DNA of 46,098 nucleotides, taken from sequence record ON325435.2. One strand, 5' to 3'. Shown here piece by piece: positions 29,385 to 36,628 of this stretch. The first letter of the stretch is position 1. Each line of letters starts with the position of its first letter. A model generated the notes under the pieces. The model was not told the origin of the DNA, searched no databases, and worked only from the letters and a program-made list of their open reading frames with translations. A program made the translations under genes and the position numbers. The DNA comes from Staphylococcus phage CUB-EPI_14.

Positions 29385-30062
29385 ATGACTGAAGTTTACA
29401 AATACAAAGGAAATGGCGACGGAACTTATAATATACAAATAGATAACGTGAAGATACCATTTAAAAACCTAGAAATGTTAACACGTGGATTAGGAACAGA
29501 AGTAGAACTGAGGTTTGTTGATCCTGACGACATATCACATAAACAACGTAAACTAATATTTGCATTGCTAGGCGATATTGAAGAACACACAGGCGATCCA
29601 GTAGAGTATCGTCGTCATAGACTAACATTAGAGTTTATGGCATATAAGAATATAGATGAGTTTAGTTTATCTAATTGCAGCATGACAGACGCTAGAGAGT
29701 TTATAGAGTTTATATTGGCATTCATATTTAGAAATAATATACCTATTACTTATGACACGTCAGACTTACTCAAAGAAGATAAAGCCTTTTTATACTATGC
29801 AACAATTAATCGTAAGTGCGTTATATGTGGCGAAGAGAATGCACAGCTTGCACATCACTATCACATTGGTAGAGGTATGAACAGAAACAAAATGGATCAT
29901 TATGGTTATGAAGTATTAGCTTTGTGTCATAAACATCATCGTTTACAACACAACATAGGTATAAGAACGTTTGATAAAAAATACGCTTTAGATAAGTCTT
30001 GGATCAAAGTTGATGAGCGATTAAATAAAATGTTGAAAGGACAAAAATACGAGGAGAATTAA
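29385..30062 (+). CDS. DUF968-like Cys/His nuclease-associated protein (recombination accessory)
   Basis: 225-aa ORF with a C-terminal CxxC...HHYH...CHKHH zinc/HNH-like cluster. It sits adjacent to the SSAP gene, as in Staphylococcus phages. Confidence 0.45.
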   Translation: MTEVYKYKGNGDGTYNIQIDNVKIPFKNLEMLTRGLGTEVELRFVDPDDISHKQRKLIFALLGDIEEHTGDPVEYRRHRLTLEFMAYKNIDEFSLSNCSMTDAREFIEFILAFIFRNNIPITYDTSDLLKEDKAFLYYATINRKCVICGEENAQLAHHYHIGRGMNRNKMDHYGYEVLALCHKHHRLQHNIGIRTFDKKYALDKSWIKVDERLNKMLKGQKYEEN

Positions 30063-30064
30063 TT

Positions 30065-30247
30065 ATGAGAGAGAAAATAGAAGCAGTAATCAATTCTGAT
30101 TTATCAGGATACGCAATCGAAAAGCATTGTAAAACTGTATCGCAAAATACAGTAAGCAGCCTAAGAACAGGTAAATACGAAATAGATAATTTAAGATTTA
30201 AAACTTGCGAAGAGTTATCAAAGGTTTATGACGATCTTATTAAATGA
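30065..30247 (+). CDS. hypothetical protein
   Basis: 60-aa ORF, coupled to the preceding gene and followed by a terminator. Confidence 0.35.
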   Translation: MREKIEAVINSDLSGYAIEKHCKTVSQNTVSSLRTGKYEIDNLRFKTCEELSKVYDDLIK

Positions 30248-30268
30248 GTGCTTCGGCACTTTTTTTAT
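30247..30268 (+). terminator. rho-independent terminator (UUCG tetraloop hairpin)
   Basis: AGTGC-TTCG-GCACT followed by TTTTTTT. Confidence 0.7.
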
Positions 30269-30277
30269 ATTCGATAG

Positions 30278-30306
30278 TTTACATTTTATGTTGTAAATGT
30301 TAAAAT
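30278..30306 (+). promoter_or_regulatory. sigma-A promoter with overlapping TTTACA/TTGTAAA palindromic operator (copy 1)
   Basis: TTTACA, 17 nt, TAAAAT. The spacer contains TTGTAAATGTTA. It is near-identical to the element at 34523-34551. Confidence 0.6.
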
Positions 30307-30333
30307 TATTTTAGATTTTAAGGAGGAATGATT

Positions 30334-30603
30334 ATGAGTAATCAAATAACAGTGAATAAAGATTTAATAACAGAAAGCAGAATGAATGGTAATAATAAAA
30401 TCGTTTATATGTATTTGAAATTATTAAGCAATGGAGGAGATCTAGTACCTATACCATTGCAACATATCGCTGACGAATTATTTATAAACGTAAACACTGT
30501 GAAATCGTCAATAAAGATTTTAAGAGAGTTTGGATATATTAAAGTTCATAAGCAGTTAGGCAATAGAGGTAGTATTTTAAACGCATACGAAATAGTTAAA
30601 TAA
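30334..30603 (+). CDS. winged-helix DNA-binding protein
   Basis: Start taken at the second ATG, 7 nt after AAGGAGGA. The C-terminal region is HTH/wHTH-like (VNTVKSSIKILREFGYIKV). Confidence 0.45.
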   Translation: MSNQITVNKDLITESRMNGNNKIVYMYLKLLSNGGDLVPIPLQHIADELFINVNTVKSSIKILREFGYIKVHKQLGNRGSILNAYEIVK

Positions 30604-30616
30604 AGGAGATAAAATT

Positions 30617-31507
30617 ATGAGTAACAAAAGATATTATTGGTTGAAATTGAAAGAAGATTTTTTCGAAGACGAAACAATAGAATTTATAGAAAGTCAAAAA
30701 AACGGTGTGAAGTACGTAAACTTTTATTTAAAATTATTGCTTAAATCTTTAAAAAATGAAGGTTATTTAATTAGATATATTGGAGAAAAACTTATTCCTT
30801 ACGATCTTGAAGCACTTTCTCGATTAACCAATTGCGACTTCGACACTGTTAGAAGTGCAATGGACTTATTCACAGAAATTGGCATAGTTAAAAAAATGGA
30901 AAGTGGCGAGATATATTTAACACAAATAAACGAAATGATTGGATCAGAAACCAAAAAAGCAGAAAGTATGCGTCGTCTAAGAGCTAAAAGAAGAAAAAAC
31001 GAGCAAATAAATGAGGGTGGTAACAATGTTACCGGCGAGTTACCTGAAGTTACTGAACCGTTACTCAAACGTTACACAGAGAAAGAGATAGAGTTAGATA
31101 AAGAGTTAGATAAAGAGTTAGAGAAAAGAGATAAGAATTTAGATAAAGAGAACAAGAATGTTAAGAGTAACAGTGAAGATGAAAAAAAAGAAAGCATACC
31201 AGTATCAGAAGTATTTATACTGTTACAAAATGAATATACTAATCAAGTAACGCCAATCAAACTAGAAAGTTTAATACCAGAGATAGAGAAGATCGGGGAA
31301 AATGCTACTGACATAATATCTTTAGCTATTGACTATGCTAAGAACAAGACAAACAATTTAAATTACCTAGTTAAAATTATTAATAACTGGGCAGATGAGG
31401 GTATTAGTACAGTAGAACAAGCTAAAGAAAAAATAAGCGGTAAACAAAAGAAGAATAACACTAGCTGGATAGATGACGAACTTAACACATTCGGAGGGGA
31501 CGCCTAA
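30617..31507 (+). CDS. replication initiator / replisome organiser (N-terminal phage_rep_org + C-terminal DnaD-like domain)
   Basis: 296-aa ORF with a DnaD-like C-terminal segment (SLAIDYAKNKTNNLNYLVKIINNWADEGISTVEQAKE). It contains internal DNA iterons. Confidence 0.65.
   Translation: MSNKRYYWLKLKEDFFEDETIEFIESQKNGVKYVNFYLKLLLKSLKNEGYLIRYIGEKLIPYDLEALSRLTNCDFDTVRSAMDLFTEIGIVKKMESGEIYLTQINEMIGSETKKAESMRRLRAKRRKNEQINEGGNNVTGELPEVTEPLLKRYTEKEIELDKELDKELEKRDKNLDKENKNVKSNSEDEKKESIPVSEVFILLQNEYTNQVTPIKLESLIPEIEKIGENATDIISLAIDYAKNKTNNLNYLVKIINNWADEGISTVEQAKEKISGKQKKNNTSWIDDELNTFGGDA
31085..31152 (+). repeat. iteron cluster (putative origin) inside the initiator gene
   Basis: Tandem 12-nt units GAGTTAGATAAA at 31091-31102 and 31103-31114, GAGTTAGAGAAA at 31115-31126, and TTAGATAAAGAG at 31139-31150. 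Confidence 0.5.
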
Positions 31508-31872
31508 TGAGTATGACTAGAAAAGAAGGTCTTAAAATACTAAAGTTAGTAAGCGACTTATTTGAGATTGACTTTGACGAAAACAAAGGTAATGCTTGGC
31601 TAGATATACTAATGCAAAAAGGCGACTACGAAGAAACAGTAAAAAATATCAAAAGACGAGCTGTAGACGGTAGCCGCTTCAAACCTAGAATATCTGAAAT
31701 AGTTATCAAACCAGTTAAAAAGAATGATTTCTATAAAAACTATGACGAAACAAAAACACATGCTTATAAAAAGAAAAACGATAAACAATATGCACAAGTT
31801 ATAAAGAAGTTTGAAATGTTAAGAGATAAATTACAAAAAGAGGTTGAAGCAGATGAAGAACAACGTATATAG
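31507..31872 (+). CDS. possible helicase loader (SPP1 G39P-like position)
   Basis: 121-aa ORF between the initiator and the DnaB-like helicase, overlapping both. Assigned by synteny only. Confidence 0.3.
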   Translation: MSMTRKEGLKILKLVSDLFEIDFDENKGNAWLDILMQKGDYEETVKNIKRRAVDGSRFKPRISEIVIKPVKKNDFYKNYDETKTHAYKKKNDKQYAQVIKKFEMLRDKLQKEVEADEEQRI

Positions 31873-33124
31873 CTTGAATACTGAACAGAGTATATTAGCT
31901 AATCTTATACAAGACAGCAGTTTGATTGACGACTTAAAAATATCGCCTGAAATGTTTCAAGATCAATCAGCTGCTAATGTTTTAAGATTTATCTTAGAAC
32001 GTGGAGAAGTCAATATACAAGAAATTTATCAAAAATCTAGGTCAGATCATTCTTTCATGAGTACGGATATGTTGGGAGCTTTATATAACACCGACGAAGT
32101 AACTCGAGTGATGTTTAAAAACGATCAACAAGATTTATTAGAACAATACAAAAGCCGACGTGTTCAAGAAATAACGAGAGAATATATTAAAACACCTATG
32201 ACTAAACAAGAAAGAGAAAACATGCAATCCGAAATAGAGAGCGTCAATAACATATCTATGAACGAAGATAATAAGTTAAGTAAACAACTTTTAACTTTTG
32301 TTGATGATTTCTTGGACGACAAACCGAAACAATTCATCAAAACAGGATTGTCGAATGTAGACGCGCAAATATACGGCTTCGAGCCAACACAACTTATTGT
32401 CATAGGCGCTAGACCGGGTGCTGGTAAAACAGCTATCGCGTTAAACATGATGTATAATATAGCTAGGAATGGTTATCCGGTGTCTTTCTTTAGTTTAGAA
32501 ACAACGGATCAAAAAATACTTAGCAGACTTGTTTCTAGCACGTCAGGTGTATCAGGTAATAAAATAGATTTTAAAAATGACTTGAGTGATAAAGAAGTAA
32601 CTCAAGTAATGAGTGCTATTGATAGACTAAGCAATTTAGAAAGTAGCGGTTTTCAAATTATAGATAGTGGGTACGTCACTATGAATGATATAAGACGTGT
32701 AGCAAAAGAAAAGCACGACAAGCCTCAAGTTATATTCATAGACTACTTGCAACTAATCAAAGTTGAGGGTAGCAAAAAGGATAGACGATTAGAGATTGAC
32801 GAGATAAGCAGAAACTTAAAACTCATTGCAAAAGAGAATAATTGTGTGATTGTAGCATTGTCACAATTAAGTAGAGGCGTAGAAAGTAGGCAAGATAAAA
32901 GACCTACGCTATCTGATCTAAAAGAGTCGGGCGGTATTGAGCAAGACTCAAATATGGTTATGTTTCTTTACAGAGAGGATTATTACGACACAACATTGCA
33001 AGATGATACGACAGGAATATCTGAAATAGAACTGAATGTAGCCAAAAACAGAGATGGATCAGTAGGCACAGTATTGCTCAATTTCCATAAATTCACACAA
33101 AAATATACAAGTAAGGTTATTTAA
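31844..33124 (+). CDS. replicative DNA helicase (DnaB family)
   Basis: 426-aa ORF. It has Walker A (GARPGAGKT), Walker B (IFIDYLQLI) and the DnaB C-terminal motifs (SQLSRGVESRQDKRPTLSDLKESGGIEQD). Confidence 0.85.
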   Translation: MKQMKNNVYSLNTEQSILANLIQDSSLIDDLKISPEMFQDQSAANVLRFILERGEVNIQEIYQKSRSDHSFMSTDMLGALYNTDEVTRVMFKNDQQDLLEQYKSRRVQEITREYIKTPMTKQERENMQSEIESVNNISMNEDNKLSKQLLTFVDDFLDDKPKQFIKTGLSNVDAQIYGFEPTQLIVIGARPGAGKTAIALNMMYNIARNGYPVSFFSLETTDQKILSRLVSSTSGVSGNKIDFKNDLSDKEVTQVMSAIDRLSNLESSGFQIIDSGYVTMNDIRRVAKEKHDKPQVIFIDYLQLIKVEGSKKDRRLEIDEISRNLKLIAKENNCVIVALSQLSRGVESRQDKRPTLSDLKESGGIEQDSNMVMFLYREDYYDTTLQDDTTGISEIELNVAKNRDGSVGTVLLNFHKFTQKYTSKVI

Positions 33125-33125
33125 A

Positions 33126-33386
33126 ATGTTTAAAACTATTGACGATGAGAAAGCAGCAATTAAAAAACTATATAAAGAAACACAAGATCCCGTTCTAGCA
33201 ATTCATCTTATCGCATTAGGTAGAAGCATAAATGAATTGTTAGAACGTGGAGATTTAATTATTTTTGATATTTTGAACGAAGAAAATTTAAAAAAAGTAT
33301 TGGATAATATTGATTATGATAAAATAAATAAATGGTTAAAACGAAAAGGCTATTTAGAGGACGATACAGACGATTTATTGTTTTGA
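33126..33386 (+). CDS. hypothetical protein
   Basis: 86-aa ORF. Confidence 0.35.
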   Translation: MFKTIDDEKAAIKKLYKETQDPVLAIHLIALGRSINELLERGDLIIFDILNEENLKKVLDNIDYDKINKWLKRKGYLEDDTDDLLF

Positions 33387-33465
33387 TGATTAATATATCC
33401 GAAAAGTAAAAAATAAACGAAAATGACGCCTTAGAATTAAAAATAAAGGCATAGGAGGACTTAAT

Positions 33466-33933
33466 ATGTTGAACAGAGTAGTATTAGTAGGAAGATTGAC
33501 GAAAGATCCGGAATTTAGAACAACGCAAAGTGGTGTAGAAGTAACGACATTTACTTTAGCGATCAACAGAAATTTTACAAATGCACAGGGAGAACGTGAA
33601 GCAGATTTCATAAACGTTGTAACTTTTAATAAACAAGCAGTCAATGTAAACAACTATTTAAGCAAAGGAAGTTTGGCAGGTGTAGACGGCCGCTTACAAT
33701 CTCGTAGTTACGAAAACCAAGAAGGACGACGTGTATTCGTTACAGAGGTTGTAGCAGATAACGTTCAATTTTTAGAGCCTAAAGGAAACAACAATCAACA
33801 GAACAACCAACAAAATAACGGATACCAACAAACAGGACAAGCACAGCAAAACAAACAAACACCTATGGGAGATAATCCATTCGCAAATGCTAACGGTCCA
33901 ATTGATGTGAGTGATGATGATTTACCTTTTTAA
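33466..33933 (+). CDS. ssb: single-stranded DNA-binding protein
   Basis: OB-fold N-terminus ([16 protein letters not shown]...). The Q/N/G-rich tail ends in the acidic DDDLPF motif. Confidence 0.9.
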   Translation: MLNRVVLVGRLTKDPEFRTTQSGVEVTTFTLAINRNFTNAQGEREADFINVVTFNKQAVNVNNYLSKGSLAGVDGRLQSRSYENQEGRRVFVTEVVADNVQFLEPKGNNNQQNNQQNNGYQQTGQAQQNKQTPMGDNPFANANGPIDVSDDDLPF

Positions 33934-33983
33934 ATAAAAATATTATTTTATAAAATATAAAACGAATTAACAGGAGATCTAAA

Positions 33984-34499
33984 ATGATTGAATGGAAACC
34001 GATTGAAGGTTATGAAGGAAAATACTATATAAACCAATACGGGCAAATAATAAGTCATTACTTTAAAGAGCCTAGAATGTTAAGTATTAAAAGTACAGAC
34101 AACGAGTATTTAAGAGTAAATCTAACTCACAAAGGGAAACGAAAAAGACGGTCAATACACAGGCTTGTTGCTGAAACATTTAAACCTAATACAACTGGAG
34201 AAGATTTGCAGATCAATCACATAGACGGGGACAAATTTAATAATCATGTAGACAACTTAGAATGGTGTACGTGTAGAGATAATATATCTCATGCTTTCGA
34301 AAAGGGTTTGAACAAGAACTGCAAAAATATAATATTAGTGAATATCGAAACGGGAAAAGAGATAAAGTTTATTAGCCAAAGGAAAACAAGCGAATACTTA
34401 GGACAAAAGCAAAACTATGTATGTAGAATGTTTTCTAAAGGTATAAACATCGTCGAAAGTAAGAACGGTAAAATATACAAAGTAAAGCGGGAAAATTAA
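33984..34499 (+). CDS. free-standing HNH homing endonuclease (NUMOD4 + HNH_3)
   Basis: It has an N-terminal W..I.GYEG.Y.I...G.I motif and an HNH_3 core (IHRLVAETF...INHIDGDKFNNHVDNLEWCT). Confidence 0.8.
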   Translation: MIEWKPIEGYEGKYYINQYGQIISHYFKEPRMLSIKSTDNEYLRVNLTHKGKRKRRSIHRLVAETFKPNTTGEDLQINHIDGDKFNNHVDNLEWCTCRDNISHAFEKGLNKNCKNIILVNIETGKEIKFISQRKTSEYLGQKQNYVCRMFSKGINIVESKNGKIYKVKREN

Positions 34500-34520
34500 T
34501 TCCCGTTTTATTATTATTTT
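34487..34520 (+). terminator. rho-independent terminator after the HNH gene
   Basis: A CGGGAA...TTCCCG hairpin overlapping the stop codon, then a T-rich run. Confidence 0.6.
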
Positions 34521-34522
34521 AG

Positions 34523-34551
34523 TTTACAATATTTGTTGTAAATGTTACAAT
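34523..34551 (+). promoter_or_regulatory. sigma-A promoter with overlapping palindromic operator (copy 2)
   Basis: TTTACA (34523-34528), 17 nt, TACAAT (34546-34551). There are four TTACAA/TTGTAA half-sites between 34511 and 34560. Confidence 0.6.
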
Positions 34552-34583
34552 GTATATTGTAAACGATAGAAAGAGGTGAACAA

Positions 34584-34775
34584 ATGTACTTTTACGATGA
34601 AGAGGAAATGCGAAACCGTTTGAAAGAAAAAGGTTTGAGCATTAGAGAATTAAGCAAACGAGTTGATTTGCCATACAATACAGTTTACGCGATATTCAAA
34701 GGTCAAAGTAACATCGACGGAGTAAGATTGAGAGTTTACAAAAAGATAGTAAATGAATTGTGGAAAGGAGAGTAA
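34584..34775 (+). CDS. XRE/Cro-like HTH protein
   Basis: 63-aa ORF with an HTH-like stretch (LSIRELSKRVDLPYNTVYAIFKG). It is downstream of the operator-like promoter. Confidence 0.5.
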   Translation: MYFYDEEEMRNRLKEKGLSIRELSKRVDLPYNTVYAIFKGQSNIDGVRLRVYKKIVNELWKGE

Positions 34776-34788
34776 GTGTATGGTTAGA

Positions 34789-34986
34789 TTAAGTGATGAA
34801 TTTTACTTAGTAGATCAAACGAATAAACAACGAAAAATATCTGTAGAGTATTGCAGAGGTTGTGGAGATAGATATTATTTTAGTGGTATTTATGGAACTG
34901 AATTTCAAGACATCAGAGAAAAGTACACCAAAGATCAAATTCTTAATTTTGCTCAAGTTCACAACTTAGAAATCGAAGAGGTGTAA
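34789..34986 (+). CDS. hypothetical Cys-containing small protein
   Basis: The ORF has the SD GGAGAG upstream and the motif CRGCGDRYYF. Confidence 0.35.
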   Translation, partial: LSDEFYLVDQTNKQRKISVEYCRGCGDRYYFSGIYGTEFQDIREKYTKDQILNFAQVHNLEIEEV

Positions 34987-35423
34987 TGATGTTCGAAACA
35001 GGTCAATATATCAAATTTAAAATGCAAGATAAACTTGTTATGGGCGAAATAATGTATATTACCGAAAATTCAGATACCGGAAACATTAATTTTACTGTAG
35101 AAACAGATAATGATTTCATCATTGCAGTAGATCCTAAAGACATTAAAAAAGTTATATTTAGCAAAAATCAATACACATTAATCAAGAATAAACTTAAGCA
35201 TATCAATTATTACTTATATACATCAGATGAGGAGAAAGTTTTCGGCGTGAGTATCGCAAACGATAACTATTATATTTACAACTTAGCTAGCGATAGATAT
35301 TGGAATCATGAAGTGACTGAAAAAGTCATGAATAAAAAACAATATAATAATTTCAAACACAACAATAATCTCTACGAATTGTCAGAGATCAAAGATCAGT
35401 CAGACATATTTGATTTTTTATAG
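34986..35423 (+). CDS. hypothetical protein
   Basis: 145-aa ORF. Confidence 0.4.
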   Translation: MMFETGQYIKFKMQDKLVMGEIMYITENSDTGNINFTVETDNDFIIAVDPKDIKKVIFSKNQYTLIKNKLKHINYYLYTSDEEKVFGVSIANDNYYIYNLASDRYWNHEVTEKVMNKKQYNNFKHNNNLYELSEIKDQSDIFDFL

Positions 35424-35433
35424 GAGGTTAAAT

Positions 35434-35631
35434 ATGGATAAAGAAATCAACTTCGATTACGAGGTAACTTTAAAGATGAGAGTCAAACGTTCGTCTATAG
35501 TCAAAAACATAGAAAAAGAAGAGGGAAAAGAGGACGACTACTGGAGAGAAAGAATAGACAACGACGTATTCAGCGAGGTTATAGAAGATCCTAAAATGGA
35601 AATCGAAGATGTAGAGGTAGAAAGAATTTAA
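35434..35631 (+). CDS. hypothetical acidic protein
   Basis: ATG after TAGGAGGT. Confidence 0.35.
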   Translation: MDKEINFDYEVTLKMRVKRSSIVKNIEKEEGKEDDYWRERIDNDVFSEVIEDPKMEIEDVEVERI

Positions 35632-35644
35632 GGAGGTGTTATCG

Positions 35645-35827
35645 TTGGAATTGAACTTACTAGAGCCTGACGATGACATAATTTTTAAATATCCTAAAGG
35701 CACGAATTATTTTCCGGGAAAAGTTGTAGCATTACATTACAATTTCGAAGGGGATATGTATTTAGAACTAAAAGTAGATACAGAAACAGTTTATATAAAT
35801 AGCGATTATGACATCGTTAAAATTTAG
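35645..35827 (+). CDS. hypothetical protein (TTG start)
   Basis: TTG start after AAGGAGGTG. Confidence 0.3.
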   Translation: MELNLLEPDDDIIFKYPKGTNYFPGKVVALHYNFEGDMYLELKVDTETVYINSDYDIVKI

Positions 35828-35839
35828 GAGGATAAACAA

Positions 35840-36121
35840 ATGATTATATCAAATAAAAAAATAGAAGCATACGAAGGCAATGAGGATAACGACATTATAT
35901 CTAATCCGATCCACTATAACGGTAATGGAGATATTGATTTAATAGAGTTTTGCAGACAGCAATTTACAGATGAAGAATTTAGAGGCGCAATGAAATTTAC
36001 ACAAATGCGATATGCCTTAAGAACAGGTAGAAAAGATGATGAACTGCAAGAGCAAAAGAAATTGAGAGAATATGCTGATAGAAACATTAAAAGAATAGAG
36101 AAAGACAGAGGTATTGAATAA
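35840..36121 (+). CDS. DUF3310-like protein
   Basis: The NPIHYNG...IDLIEF...MKFTQMRYALRTGRK pattern resembles the DUF3310 family common in phages. Confidence 0.45.
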   Translation: MIISNKKIEAYEGNEDNDIISNPIHYNGNGDIDLIEFCRQQFTDEEFRGAMKFTQMRYALRTGRKDDELQEQKKLREYADRNIKRIEKDRGIE

Positions 36122-36618
36122 TGCAGGTTTATTTAGCAGGAGATATGTTAAGCGAAGGACAACAACTTAGAAGAACATATGAAAAAGAAAAAATAGAAGC
36201 ATTAGGATTTAAGGTTTACAACCCTTCAGATGATGAAAGTATCAACGATAAAAAGAATGCAAAACAAGACGGTTTAGCAGAAAGAATTGTCGAGAATGAC
36301 ACCAGAGGTATTTCAGAAAGTCATATTCTTGTATTCGATTATTTACCTCATGCACAGGGGACACTAACCGAGCTAGGTTATGTACAAGCTATATTAAGAG
36401 AAATGAAAAGAGGGGTTTATAAAGTTTATAATCCGCCTTTAGTGTTTGTTCAATGTACAGACATAAGACAGGGCAACGGACATATACCGACAGAGAGCGA
36501 CAGATTTGAATTTAGTATCAACCAATATGTATATGGTGTGATATTAGAAGTCACTGAAGGCAGAGGGATACAAAGTTTTGATGAGATATTAGAAATGTTA
36601 AAAGAAATTAAAAGATAG
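36121..36618 (+). CDS. nucleoside 2-deoxyribosyltransferase-like protein
   Basis: MQVYLAGDM...TLTELGYVQA matches the NDT/Rcl-family signature (G..., ELG[YF]A). Confidence 0.5.
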   Translation: MQVYLAGDMLSEGQQLRRTYEKEKIEALGFKVYNPSDDESINDKKNAKQDGLAERIVENDTRGISESHILVFDYLPHAQGTLTELGYVQAILREMKRGVYKVYNPPLVFVQCTDIRQGNGHIPTESDRFEFSINQYVYGVILEVTEGRGIQSFDEILEMLKEIKR

Positions 36619-36628
36619 GAGTTATACG

